Part shown: one piece after another, positions 28,401-41,162 of the stretch
Position numbering within the stretch: position 1 is the stretch's first letter
Layout of the letters: the number at the start of each line of letters is the position of its first letter
From: Haplodiscus bocki
Taxonomy: Eukaryota
NCBI GenBank assembly: GCA_965655095.1
Contig: OZ296656.1
Location: forward strand, 55,490,001-55,554,000
Length of the DNA: 64,000 nucleotides
Direction: 5' to 3'
Position numbers and translations under genes: made by a program
Notes under the pieces: model-generated
Seen by the model: only the letters and a program-made list of their open reading frames with translations
Databases searched by the model: none
Told to the model about the DNA's origin: nothing

Positions 28401-31400
28401 ACTTGATTCCATTTGTTAGCAGAAGTCGTTACTTGAATTATGGGCACTGTGTTTGCGACAGAATAATTGTTGAATCAGTCAAAGCAAAAGCGTAGCTGAA
28501 TAAATTGTTCGTCTTCGAAAGCAGTGACAATTGAGTATGCGAGTTGTTCTCCCGAGAGAACTGCGCAAACTTCAATTCCAGAAACACATGGTTTTGATTG
28601 GAGCTACGCTTGTTTTTGCAGCGAGATGACATAGGGGGTCAGTGTTGGTAGCATGCTCTTGGCAAAATTAGACACCAGCTGAGTAGGCAGTGGTCGAAGC
28701 ATGGCAAAAGACATACAATTGGAGACATGTTACCTTTCTTTGATGTTTGTTGAGCACGTATCGGTGGATTTAACTTTTTGCCAAGGATTGCAGTTTGTTT
28801 ATTAGGTCATTGTTTTTGTCCAGGATATGCTGGCATTGGACTTTTTCCCCGTTCCAAATTTCCGGGCCACGGCGTTTGAATGAATGTCCATAGCTGAAGG
28901 ATGACGGGTGATAAAGGACCCAGTGGGTCTAAGATGCAGTTGAGTCCAGATATTTTCTCCCGTTTTGATTGTGGTGTGTCTGACAACTTGACTATTTCTA
29001 ACATGTCTCTGCAGTTTCCAGGCGACACGGAGGTTTTTCAATTAGTACTCATCTTTCTGGATATCCTTTGTATCAGCACTTTCTCGATAGTGGTTCGGTA
29101 GACTTTGGATGACTGACAGGTCGCTAGCTTACCACCTTCGTATTTACATTCTATCTGTGGATAGATGCGTGATGAAGTTTGCCTGTAGTTGCTGAGCTTC
29201 CTCTTGGAAAAGGCGCTGTGAAGAGGCCATCGAAATGCTTGTCAAGCTTCACAGCGATCATTCATTTTCGTGGAGGCGATACTAAAGCGTCTGTAGACGC
29301 CGTATCGCTTGCTGGAGAGAGTTTCTTAACGCTATAGCATCTTTTTCGACCAGTTTGTCAAGGAACTGTCTTCCTGGGTTTCCTTTTGCCGTAGATTGGT
29401 ATTGTTGTTCGCAAGCCACCGGCTCTTTAGTTAGGTATCCACACTGACAATTTTTAGAGTGCCAGAACTTTTGCATGATGTCTGGAGCAGGTGGAACCCA
29501 CACATGTTGTGAAATTTTGAATTGAAGTCGAAGATTTGGTTCTAATGATTATCTAACTGAACACTGATGCTCGGTACGTAATGCCATCATTTTCTTTGAT
29601 GCGCGAGTCAATCATTGGATTTTGTAGAGTTCACCAGTGATCATGTCGATAGTTGAAGAGTTGTTGAATGTGGTTTGCGCGAGTTTGAGGTTGAGTAAGG
29701 CTTTCCACTCTTTCATAGCGGTTGACTTTCAGGCAAAAGATTGGTGAGTTTTTGCATGTAATGGAATGAGGGGTGAATTTTTAGGAATGATCAGAACATG
29801 CACAGTTCCTCTTTGTGGAGGCTCTGTGTTGGCGCCCAGGCCCATAACTTTGAAGTAGTTGTTTTTTTGCCGATGTATGGAGTCTTTGGATAAGTTGTTG
29901 TGTTGTTGCGACTTTCTAAACCTGAGTGTAGGAGAGTTCTGCAAATCGTCTTGTCACCCTTTACAGAAATCGGTATCGGCGCGGCCTATAGAAAACACGT
30001 TAGCTTCTTGTTGGTTTGGAATGTTGGAATGGTTGCTGCTGCCGTGACTTGTACGGAAGTGTCATACTGAGTTGCTGCAGTTTGCTCATTTTGTGACACA
30101 TCATTGTAGTTGACGAACCTTCATGGTTGTGGATGGACATGTATCAGGGAGTTTTGCTTGAGATAGCAGATGCGACAAGTAGATCTTTTGGCTTTGGTGC
30201 CCATGTAGACAGTTGAAACAAAGCTATTTGGCCTTTGTGAACTCGGTGCGATGGGTTGTAGAGAGTCCTCTAAACTTTGGACATGAAAAGATTTTGAAGT
30301 GGATAGCAACATTCACATAGTGACGTTGTTGTGCGCTGAATAATTAGGGGGCATTGGTTGCAACCGATTTCTGTGTTGGTTGGTGTAGCTGAGTGACTGT
30401 GTAATTGTCGCTGAATTGATTCCGTTTGTCATGTGATTGGCCTGTTCCTGTCTTTGTGTACCTCAAATGCGGTTGAGTTCGATACTGTGGCTGCTTACAC
30501 AGCTTGACATCTCGTTTCCAGAAAGTTCCTCGAGTCCTGCTTTGTTTGTGGTGCAGATCCATGTGCTGACAGCTCCCAAAATTTGCGAGTTTCGGATGGC
30601 AGTTTATAACAAGGTAATTGTAAAAGATGTCTTGTTGTCGATGGGTTCTCCCATGTTCTCTAGAGCTGGGCATTGTTCCGCTACAGTTGGGAAAAGTAGT
30701 CGCAGGTCCTAAGCGTTTTCGAGAACTAGTTTCTGAGCAGCAATCGCGTGCATATAGGCCCGACCGATCATTCTGTGATAGTGGTAGCGGTCTACTAACA
30801 TCATGATGACGATGGCGTAGTTGGCATCTGTAATTGTTACAGAAAGCAAAAGTTTGTTTTGACGAGCATTTAGATACTGCAGTTTTTGACTGTCTTGAAG
30901 GCTGCTTTTGGTGCGAGCAGCCCGGTTAAACAAATCGAAAAGCGAATTCGAAGTCGAATAATCACTAGAGAATGTCGGCAAATCGAGCTTCTGTGTTTTC
31001 CTTTCTGTTGTTCTCTTGGACGGTGCCATCAGCCCAGATTTGGGGGTGTTGACTTGCAGAAAACGGTCAATATTGTCCAATTGTTGGACTAATATGTCTT
31101 TGTCTTTACATTGCACTATAGATGTGTCTGGTGCTGCTTCATTGGTGTATTTTTTGTATGAAGGTTCATGCCTTTAAGGACAATCTGTTTGCGCGCGAGG
31201 TTGGGACGAAGCTCTTGGAGATGTATCAGCGCGTCTTCGATTATAGACTGCTATCTTGGTGCGAGGAGTTCTGCTTCCGTCCCTTACCTTATTGCAACGG
31301 AGTTCTGGCAGGCAATTCCAATTTCGGTCATTTTTGCTAGAGTGCTGAAGAAGTTATTGAAGAAAAATCCCATTTTTGTTACAGATAAATTACAAATCAA
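25500..31400 (-). mobile_element. Degenerate BEL/Pao LTR retrotransposon (gag-pol); LTRs not identified
   Basis: 31116-30709 KLDLPTFSSDY...F...LQDSQKLQYL...ITDANY...L.DRY is Pao gag/DUF1759-like; an NPAD.ASRG-like remnant lies at ~28380 and integrase C-terminal remnants at ~25750-25900. Confidence 0.8.
26187..26245. repeat. 28-bp tandem duplication inside the BEL element
   Basis: CAGCAAGTAGTCGCT(A/C)ATTCCAATTGTC twice. Confidence 0.9.
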
Positions 31401-33333
31401 CCGCCATTCAACTTTCCACCGTGGAATAAGTGATATCTAAGGTGTGAAAAGAGAGCCAATGAGAAACTTAGATCTTAGAGGTTTGGAGGCCCGTGTAGTG
31501 AAGTGAAAGGTGTGACTTTTCAAAAATCCTTATCTTGAAGTTACGGATTGTGTGAATACAAACAAAAGTCTGAAGGTTTTGAGAATGTTTCCCTTAAATT
31601 GTGATTTGTTTATTTTTTGAGAATTTTTTTCATTAAATAAGCTCGTTGTGCAAATTAATTCCAAGCTGATTTTTTGCTTCAATTGGAGATACCGTTTTTT
31701 GAAGTAAGAAATATTTTCTATGGCCCGCAAGATAACTTTCTATCCTTCAGAACAGGTGACTTTGTTTTAACATTGACTGAAAAAAAAAGCGATACTCAAA
31801 AATGTTTTGAATAGTTGTGAGAACAAAATGTTAATCGGCAGAAGTTTGAAAACATGACCTAATTGACTTCCCCACTTTCTCTGAAGTTTTGTGTATCGCA
31901 TTACTTTTTTCATGGAACAGATCAATTTCACCTTATTCCCACCATCTCAATCTTTTACCAATAATTCATGTGATCCTTGGCTTTTCATTACGTGAGATTG
32001 AGCGTCACCACAGATAATATGTGGAAGATTTTCAATGACGTTTGGTGTAGAGATAGTTGTCCACGAATTTTTGCAAGGATTCGACCCTCTTCCTATGCAA
32101 AATGTTTCATAGTGTCACCATGGGTCGATCAAGACTGTTCTTTTTCATGAAAACTGCTATTTTGTATATTAGGATGATTTCGTCAAAAACTTCTCCATTT
32201 TTGCCCTCCGACTGAGATAATTTTATTCTGTGTAGGGGACCATTCACAGATTCACTTTAGGGCGTTGCTTCCATGTGTGATTCTGATAGTTTTTGGAATG
32301 CATTTTAAACTAACAGCACCTTGAGACTGGATTATTTGAGCCTATCGAAGGTACGAAAATCATCACTGCGCCTTTATGGTTCAGTTTTGAGATGATTTCT
32401 TCTTTGGACTGTTCGTGCTAACGTTTTCAAGATCTGGGTAGTTCGATCGGACAAAGTTGACAAGCTGACGCTCTGAGTCCAGGTATATGTGGACTTTTCC
32501 TAGTTTAATGTAACAGTGGGATCGTTGTTTTTGCGGTGTGATATCAGTTTTTGTCCATGTGAATGATATAGATGCCAGTTCTCACCAGGTCGTGATGTGC
32601 TCTCACTGTTTTCAGACGCTGACAGTGAAGTATTGCCGTGATTCGTGTTTGGTTGAAAGCAGAACTCTGCAAAATTATCTGGTGGGGCCGCTGGGTAGTC
32701 GTTCATCAGGCAACTTCTCTTCATAAATTTTATTTTTCGATTCTGTCTAATCTGTTTTCAATCGCGTTAATATTTCCTCGATTGCAGCTTTTTTCAAATC
32801 AGTCGCTTCAGCTTCTTTGAGCCGTCGCTCAGCAGTCAATCTCTTCTCGAGACGTTTCCTTTTTCGATTCTCAAGCTGTCTCAGCAAAATCAAAGGCACA
32901 AACGCTGGAAAGAAGGTACATACTGCATATATCGCAAAACAATTCACCAAATCTTTTAGGCTTGTAATTGTTAGTATCGATGACGATGGTATTCAGTATT
33001 ATGGGGGCATGTCTTGGCACAGAATCTCCAATGTCTCCTTCGATAATCTTGGTCACTTCTCCGGTTGTGGCGTATCGACTATTTCTGGATCTGCCTGTGT
33101 ACTTACTATACTATAAATCTTCGATGTCAACGAACAAGTGAGAGTGTGTTGCGAAATTCAATTGAATTAATCGTTAAAATATTTAATGGCAGAATTTTTG
33201 CTTGGCGAAAAAGTATTCAAATTGTTAGACTGATTTTGTCCCGATTTGGAGTTTCAAATTAGATGGCGTAGTTTTTGGCATGAATATACTACTGTTTGAT
33301 CAAACGCCATTTGACCCAATCGTTTCCTTCTAG

Positions 33334-33658
33334 TTCTGCATAATTCTGAAGAACAACATTACCAAGATTCCTTTGGCGTTTCTTCTGGGTTTCTTCGTGT
33401 CTCACGTGTACTCCCGATGGTGGGCTATCTACAACTCGATTCCCTGGCCCTTCTCGATGATTGACGCTTTATGTCTCACTCTAAAGGTCCCAGACACGGT
33501 CCCAGCCAATGAGAGAGAGGAAAAGCAGCAAGAGTTGAAGATCATCATACAGACCGTGTCTAGATACATGCATTTGAGTCTGGCTATGGTCATGAGAGAC
33601 ATCTGTCTACAGTTTCGCGAACTCATGAAAAAACGACAACTCACTTTTGTTGACATGG
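33334..33658 (+). CDS. BEST: Bestrophin coding exon 2
   Basis: Acceptor TTCCTTCTAG; KIPLAFLLGFFVSHVYSRWWAIYNSIPWP (bestrophin IP..F.LGF.V...RWW...PWP); donor GTTAGA, phase 1. Confidence 0.93.
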
Positions 33659-33913
33659 GTTAGAATTTCAGAACATGTTCTATCGGATATCGCTCATCAA
33701 TCAAGAGAAATTCATTTGCTTTCAATGTAGTTTACACCAATTGTAACTCTAAGTGAATGACGTACTAAAAATGGAAATACAAAGATAAATGTTTAGTAGA
33801 TTGGCCAATGCCCTAGTTTCAAAGAATTTCACTTTTTTTTCATAAACATTTTTTAAATAGAGGTTATATTTAGTAAACGTTCTATAACCGCGAGCAAAAT
33901 CAATATTTTGCAG

Positions 33914-34134
33914 GACTTGCCAGTGAAATAGAAATGGCTAAACTATACAGCACAAAAGAACTCATGGACTTCGAGCTGAGAAAGTTGAATTGGGACTCAT
34001 CCAAAGTGAATGAGAAGAAAAGATGTGCGAGTTGGACCTGGTGGGTTCCTGCTGCATGGGCTACTAGACTAGTCAGGGATGCGTATGATCGTGGGTTTGT
34101 CGACAGTCACGAAAACGTCACTTTTGTTTACGAA
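33914..34134 (+). CDS. BEST: Bestrophin coding exon 3
   Basis: Acceptor TTTTGCAG; (G)LASEIE...WWVPAAWATRLVRDAYDRG (cf. FWVP..W); donor GTAAGT, phase 0. Confidence 0.9.
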
Positions 34135-34393
34135 GTAAGTTTGTCAGATGCAAAATTTGCTGCCTATTCGACTGTTTTTTCCAAAGATAAGTTTCTAGTT
34201 ACGTCTGGATAGTTAGCGTAGGACCGTTTTTTCTTACAATCGCTTTTTCATCGAATATCTAAGCAAAGTTCCAATGAATGTATTCCACATTCTAGCCGAG
34301 TTTTTCGCATAAATCTTAATTATAGTCATGGTAATTGTAGTCTGTTGAAATTGTAATGTTAATGTTTACTTTCCTGAGAAACTTCAATTTTAA

Positions 34394-34703
34394 ACTCTAT
34401 TTAGAGAACACTACGAAAAAGTGTCGTATTTTTGGCATTTTTTACTGGAATATACATTTAAAAATAACGAGTTCCTGCATGTTTCGGATTTTCTTTTCAA
34501 TAACCTTGATAAACAAATATCCACTTTTGGAAAAGGTTGACTTTAAATTCTCAAAGTGAACCTTTTCCAAAAGTGGATATTTGTTTATCAAGGTTATTGA
34601 AAAGAAAATGCGAAACATGCAGGAACTCGTTATTTTTAAATGTATATTCCAGTAAAAAATGCTAAAAATACGACACTTTTTCGTAGTGTTCTCTAAATAG
34701 AGT
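34394..34703. mobile_element. 310-bp foldback MITE (near-perfect palindrome) with TAA target-site duplication, PIF/Harbinger-like
   Basis: ~151-bp arms are reverse complements with few mismatches around the loop AAATTCTC (34545-34552); TAA at 34391-34393 and 34704-34706. Confidence 0.85.
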
Positions 34704-36137
34704 TAATTTTCATGAAATTTTTTGCATTTGAAAGAGTGAATATTAAAAAAAAACAACGGTTGCTCAGAACAATATTGACATACTGCGCGAATTTTGTAGT
34801 TAGCGCAAAAATTTTGTTCATGTCACTTTCATAAACAATGGAAGTGAAAGTGAAGCCCCTGGTTTTTGGTTCCAATAAGTCTTGTGAGGTGTTTGTCTTT
34901 ACTCATTTATGTTTTTACTTCACGTTCAGAGTTTTTCTTTAGTTTTATGTCAAAAGGTAAGACCATCTGTTAATACTGAGTTATGTTGATTATATCAAAC
35001 GAGGTCAAGCTTCTTTTTGGGCACTAGTGTGTCTGAAATTTTGTAGCTTTTTGTTAATAGTACCTGCGCATTTACTGTAAGTATAGGGTAGTATCGCCAA
35101 GGGCAGTAATTTTGGTAGCAGAAAACCCTCGTGTTCGAAAAGTGTGAACACGTTCGTGATGCAGCCTGCTGATCTAGATTGCGGCTCTTTAATCACATGT
35201 TCTGGTATGGTCCGCATAAAAACTACAAATCTTTGACATTAAGAGGTCGACCGGTGAAACAATGTGAATAGTTTGAGTGCGGAAAAACATGCAAAATCCA
35301 ATTCAGTTCAACTAACATTTCAACTTCAGTGTTTCTATTCTAGACTTCCATCTGGTTCAAGTGAAACTTCGAATTTATCGTAAGTTTTCATAATTTTCAG
35401 AGGAGGCAAGGTATCAACGCTTTGTTAAATTTGTTGTTCGATTGACTTCACTTTGATAAAAGTTGAGTGAGTACTTTTAACTCAGCCGTCGATGTGGACT
35501 TTCTGGATGGCGGTTATTGTTCTGCAAGTGTTTATCACAGTCTTCGTTTTATTTTTTTTCCCGATCCGTTCTCAACTCGCCTTTGTGCCAACATTCCAGT
35601 GTTGCCTAGATTTTGTTCATGCGCAGTTGCAAAAAAAAAATGTTTACGGGGCTTATTTTTCAGCATCCACGCTTGTTTTAAATATAAAGGGAATTAATTG
35701 CTATAGCCGTTCGTACTTGTTACACTTGCATGTAATTATAAAAATACGAATTAACTGAGTTAATTACATTTCTGTTTAATTGTTTAATCATTAGTTTTCG
35801 TAATACCGTGGTCCCTTCAAAAATCATTTATATTTGTTAGATTTGTTCACTAGTATTCCATTGGCGCAAGTGTTGCGAAGCGCAGCTTTGCCTCTGTAGG
35901 CTAACCATGAAAGAACCAGAAAATAGCAGAACCTTCAGAAAATTTTCTGCTTTAGTTGAGAATCAATTAGTTCTGAGTCTCACGGTATATGTATTTACAC
36001 AAGACACACGAAACCGTAGAAACCCTCATTGCCTAGTTAAAGTCAGTCCTAGAAGCTTCTAGGGTTTCTGAAACTTAGCTAAGGTGTATTGCTGACACAT
36101 AATTTAGTTGTACGTACTATTCCTGTTTTTTTTCCAG

Positions 36138-36215
36138 AAAATTCACCAGTACAGAGGCCTGGTCGGAGGACTCGTGGGGTATGACTGGATCTGCGTGCCT
36201 CTGCCTTATTCTCAG
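36138..36215 (+). CDS. BEST: Bestrophin coding exon 4 (not in ORF track)
   Basis: TTTCCAG|KIHQYRGLVGGLVGYDWICVPLPYSQ|GTAATT (cf. YDWISIPLVYTQ). Confidence 0.93.
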
Positions 36216-37049
36216 GTAATTAAAATTGATACCCAGAACTCTTTTTTTCAAAATAAAAAAATGTAAATCCGTTCTGCAAATTCGAAAACCTATAGAAAAG
36301 GCCAACAAGGCGGGACAACCCAAGTCGTCACCGCCTGTATGACTCAAATTATCTACGGCGACCCTTTTTTTGGGGAATTGTTGGCCTCTCTGACGGAAAT
36401 TTCACGGCTTTTTCTCGTAAAATTTGATACCATATATATTGCCTGCCCCTTTTCAAAAATGGGAAATGGTGTGGGAATCTCCGGTTAGCACTGGAGGGTT
36501 GGGTGTTCAAGGAACATGCTCGTACTACCCACAGTTCATGTAGAAGAAACAAAACACACGAATGTAACTGTTACATTAATGGTAATTTTCTGTTACTAAT
36601 ATTCTGTATTACTGTCTTACGTCGAGAAGAATTTCGAAAACAAAAGATTTAATTCAGTACTGAGTTTTCTTCCTTTTCGTGGAAAGACTTTCCATGACGT
36701 GCAGATGTTATTGTTTACATAGCAGAGCGGCCGTCTTGGCCTCTTGAATAATACAAAGTGCGTGGACACCGCGGTTGGCTAGCCGACAGGTAGCAGTTTC
36801 GAATCCCTCTATGAGACGATATTTTTATTTTTGCAAATGTTTTTTTAATCTCGAATTTTTATAATAAGTTTCTGAAAAGATACCACACACTTTTATTAGA
36901 AGGAGCTGCCTATCTTTTTACAAAACTCCTCTCAGTTTCTAGTTGACTTAAAAATTGATGTTTTGATAGTATTTGGAAGTTTATAAATCTTGTTGAAAAA
37001 AAAATTGTAAAGGTAAATAATTCATTTTTTGCTTTCTCGCTATCCTAGT

Positions 37050-39050
37050 TTTTCCGAGGCCAAAAAGTACAAGTTTACCTCAAGAATGTTTTTTTTGGAA
37101 TATCTCTATTTGTGGTCCGCACATTGCCAGAAAGGAAGGGAATGCAACTCCTTGACGTCGAAACTTAGCATCTCAAACAATTTTGTCAAACAACACAGGA
37201 TTGATTTTTTCCATTGAGGTCTCAATCGACAGTTTTCTGCTTGTGGAGAAATAGACAATCAAAAACCATCGTTTTTTGCTTGCGTCAGAACCCTGATAGC
37301 CCAGAAATGCATTTGTCAAGTTATATCTCGATATTCAAACTCAAACGTCTGCGTAGCGACTAGCTTGATTTCTCTCATCACGGTTTTTACGGACGGTTTT
37401 CCACTCTCCCAGGATTATGCAATTTGAAAATCATTGATCTTGATCGTTTCATTGGAAAACTGATTGACCGGAAAAACCAAAAAGTTCTATGAGACTTGTC
37501 ACATTTCGATATCCATATTCAAATTTCATCAACGCATCCTGCTTCATTTGTTCCATCAAGATCTCAATCGACAGCTTTTTACTTCAAGAGACAAGATGAT
37601 TCTAAAAACAAGGATTTTTCCTCCGATGTAATTCTGATAGTCCATAAACTGCTATTGATACTGAGATATCTTTATCCTCAAATTCATCTTTCTACTTGAT
37701 ACAAGTTTCATTTCCTTCAGTAAGATCTCAATCAACAGCCTTCCTTTTGCGGAGAAATTTTTGGTTAGGAAATTATGGATTGTTCCCCTTGTCTGGAGAT
37801 CCCGATAATCAGAATTTATCGGAGAAGTGTCTTTGTTTGGACAAATCTCTTTTTTCTAACTCTTATTTTTCCATAACCACAGTCTTGATCCCTTGCAGCA
37901 AAGTGCTAATCGACAGAATTCTACTCCTGGAGGCCTATGTGGTTTTTAAAGTTATCGATTTTGTTCCCAGCTTTGGAATCTTGACAGACTGGATATGGCG
38001 AAGAGAGCAATCAGTATTGCTGTGTCTCGATATTCAAACTCAAATTTCTCCTCAACTGGCTCGATTTCTGTCATCAAGCTCTTCATCAACAGACTTTTAA
38101 CTTCCTGAGAACTAATTGATTCAAAAATAATCGATTTTGTTCCTTGCGTTTCCATTACTATAGCTCATATTTCTCCATAACCACTGGTTTGGTCTCTTCC
38201 ATCAAGGTCCCGATTCACAGCATTCTATTTCTAGAGCCGTCAGCTTGAGAAATCATTGTCTTTGTTGCTTTTTTTTCGGAATCCTGGTGATCCGAAAATG
38301 CCAAAAGGTGCTTTTAATTTTGAACTATCTCATTTTTTGAAGTTATTTTTCTGAACTTCATGTTTGGTTTCAATCGACAGTAATATACCTCTGGAGTTTT
38401 ATGCTTTGAAAAAATAATCGATGTTATTTCATGCGTTGGAATCCTTTTTGTCCGAAAATGCCAAAAAGGCTAAGAGATTGACACATCTCTATTTTCAAAC
38501 TTTTTCTTTGACTACAGGGTAATTTTTTTTATCGAAGTCCCAATCGACAATTCTCTACTCTTGGGAGCATGGGCTCAAAGATTTTTTGCACTGGAATCCT
38601 GATTCTTCGAGAATGCCAAAATTGACAGTTAGTCCTGTCTTTTCTTGATATTCAAACTTAAATTTCTCGACATATAGCAGCTTGATTTCTTCTATTAATG
38701 TCTCAATCGACAGCTTTCTACTTATCAAACTCTTCGGGTGAGAAAAAGTGGTTTTTCTTCCTGACATCAGATTTCTGGTAGGCTTAAAACGCCAAAAAAC
38801 TCAACGATGAGTTTTCACTACGTTGAAATTCTTTTTGCGGCATGAATATCGGCTGGATTTCCTTCCAAGGATGTTAGTCAAGAATTTCCCAACCATAGCT
38901 GAATAATCAGCTAGTAAACCATCGATTTTAATCTTTACATCGGAATCCATTTTGGCCAGAGTCGATAAAGATTAGTAAGGATTTCAGTGGTATCCAAGCT
39001 GTTTTTTGGCCAGAACTGCGGCTTGATTTTAAATCTGAAGTAACAGTTTC
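37050..39050. repeat. Degenerate tandem array, period about 165-170 bp, roughly 11-12 units
   Basis: TCTCAATCGACAG-like cores at about 37217, 37558, 37722, 37900, 38205, 38367, 38534 and 38697. Confidence 0.75.
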
Positions 39051-39179
39051 TTACTTGTTGAAACATTGATGAGTCAGGCATCAAATGTTTTGCTTCTACC
39101 ATGGGAATTTCGGTCGGTGAAAAAAATTCTGAAACCTACAGAAAAGCTAACAAAACGGGAACGGACCAAGTCAGGGCTG

Positions 39180-39867
39180 CCCACGTTCGGACGCAAAGAA
39201 GAATGTGTATTGAAACCGGCCTTTAACAATTTTCTTATCCTGTTCAAACCTAGCATCAGAGGGTCTTCATACTGTAAACTGACAAAATGGGTCTCTTTGG
39301 CAGGTAATTGTTCATTTTCGCTTTGTTTGTTGTGAAAATCTAAAATTTGAGCACCAAAATGGCTTAACCTGAAAAGACATGATTGACATCATTCTTCGCA
39401 TGAGACAGTGTTGCGAGTACTTGTTCTTTTTTTCTAGTCGTTTACTATGCAAACTTCTTAAACACTGAGCATAAAAATGGGTTAATTTGGAACGACGTGA
39501 TTGTTATATCAACTTTTCGAGTATGAGACCCTGTGGCAGGTATTGGTCTCAATCTGATTTTTTCGAACAAACTCCTAATTGACAGCTAATGTATTTCTAA
39601 AAGTGTGTTCATTTTTTACGTAGTTTACTGGGCAAATTTCTAAAAATTTGGGCAGGAAAATGGCGTAACCCGAAAAGACATGATTGATGAATCAATTTTC
39701 GAATGTGATCCTGTGACTTTTGTTGCCTTTTCGATCAAACTTAATTGACAGCTGGTGCATTATTTCTAAAAGTGTCAATCAGATCTCTAATCATGGTATC
39801 AACTTTCATTCGGGATCCGTGATCTCAACGGACAAGTGAATGTGCTGCAAGTTCCGCTTCGCCTCTG
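39180..39867 (+). repeat. Dispersed repeat ending in a hairpin plus CTCTGT, homologous to about 63270-63689
   Basis: Shared GAAGAATGTGTATTGAAAC and CGGGATCCGTGAT.TCAAC.GACAAGT...GTTCCGCTTCGCCTCTGT. Confidence 0.75.
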
Positions 39868-40037
39868 TTCAAAATTGTCAGTCAATTATCTCTAAATTCG
39901 CCTAATTCCATTTTTTTTACATTTCTAAATTCATAGCCTTTAGCACCCAGTATCCTTGATGCCTTCGTTTTGCCAATATGAGCCTCCAAATTGTCTATCG
40001 ACGTTTACTATCTATCTACCTACTGATTTCACCATTT

Positions 40038-40041
<4 letters not shown>

Positions 40042-40080
<39 letters not shown>
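40042..40080. repeat. (AT)n microsatellite
   Basis: Perfect dinucleotide run. Confidence 0.98.
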
Positions 40081-40081
<1 letters not shown>

Positions 40082-40531
40082 CTGTCCTATGATTTTTCAA
40101 AAATTCGTTTTTTTTCGTGCCTTCGTATGCCTTTCTTTCTCGTTTCTCTGGATCACGCTATGTCATAGGAATACAAAAAATCAAAGACATGAATTTTGTG
40201 AAATACTCGGATGTCGGAATTCAAGCACCTGATGTCCATTCTTTTGATCTTTGTCATAAAAACCAAGTTCAATAATTGCACAGTTTGTGTAAGAGCCATG
40301 CTTAGAACAGGGACCTCTAGTCCCGTTCGCCTGTCCTCTACAGATCGAAAATGCTTGGCAAAAAAACTAAATAAATGTATGGTTTTCGTTACATTGGTAT
40401 TTGTGATTGTTATCAAAGTTGTATATATTTATGGTTTGAGGAAATAAATTCTAATCTTAATTCAGAGCATACCTTATGTGCTTAATTTATTCTCGAAAAT
40501 TGAGATAATGGTCTCACCTTTTATTTTTCAG

Positions 40532-40765
40532 GTTGTAGCACTGGGTGTTTATGTTTACTTCTTTTTGTCGCTCTTTGCTTACCAGACTGTAGAGACTATC
40601 AACTTGGGCTCTAATTATGATACTTATTTCGTGCCTGGTGGATTGGTCTTGGAATTCATAATCTACTACGGCTGGTTCAAAGTGGCCGAGGTGCTTCTGA
40701 CCCCCTACGGAACAGATGTGGGATACAATTACGACATGATTGGAGTGTTTGCTCTGCAACTTGAA
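40532..40765 (+). CDS. BEST: Bestrophin coding exon 5
   Basis: TTTTTCAG|VVALGVYVYFFLSLFAYQ...FVP...EFIIYYGWFKVAEVLLTPYGTD...LE|GTAATC; 78 codons. Confidence 0.93.
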
Positions 40766-41162
40766 GTAATCATCTTTCTGATTATCTTTGACGGAGTTTC
40801 TAACCTTGAATTATTAATTTACGATTTTCGTATCACCGTGTTCAATAGCTTCAACTTTCTTGTATGTCTGAAGTGAGTTTTCGAGCTGTAAATACTTCTG
40901 GCGAAGATAGAATTTAGCAAAAATCGAAACATTGAATGACTGCTTTCCCATATGTTTAGAAATCCCTCCAGATAGAAATTGAATAGTAATTTGTCGTGCA
41001 GTTCTCGAATTAGCAAATTTACCGTCAATTTCATGCATGTTTTCATGGAAAGAGCTTACCTGTAATACACGTTTCTGATCGTGGCTAATACTGTATGCTT
41101 TTTGAAGCCGCATATCCGAATTGTTTTTGAAATGAAGTTACCGAATGTTTCTTCTGTTTTAG

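Noticed and set aside
24640-31875. Direct repeats (~24640-24800 and ~31720-31875) as LTRs of the BEL element
   Set aside because: Highly diverged, no TG..CA ends or TSD, and not abutting the coding region; more likely a dispersed repeat.
37050-39050. CRISPR-like periodicity
   Set aside because: Whole units are homologous and degenerate, with no identical repeats separated by unique spacers and no cas genes; the context is eukaryotic.
39978-40232. ORF with an IYIYIY repeat
   Set aside because: Read-through of the (AT)n tract.
40478-40876. ORF-track boundaries as a stand-alone 132-aa gene
   Set aside because: Only 40532-40765 is bestrophin-like and bounded by splice sites; the flanks are intronic.
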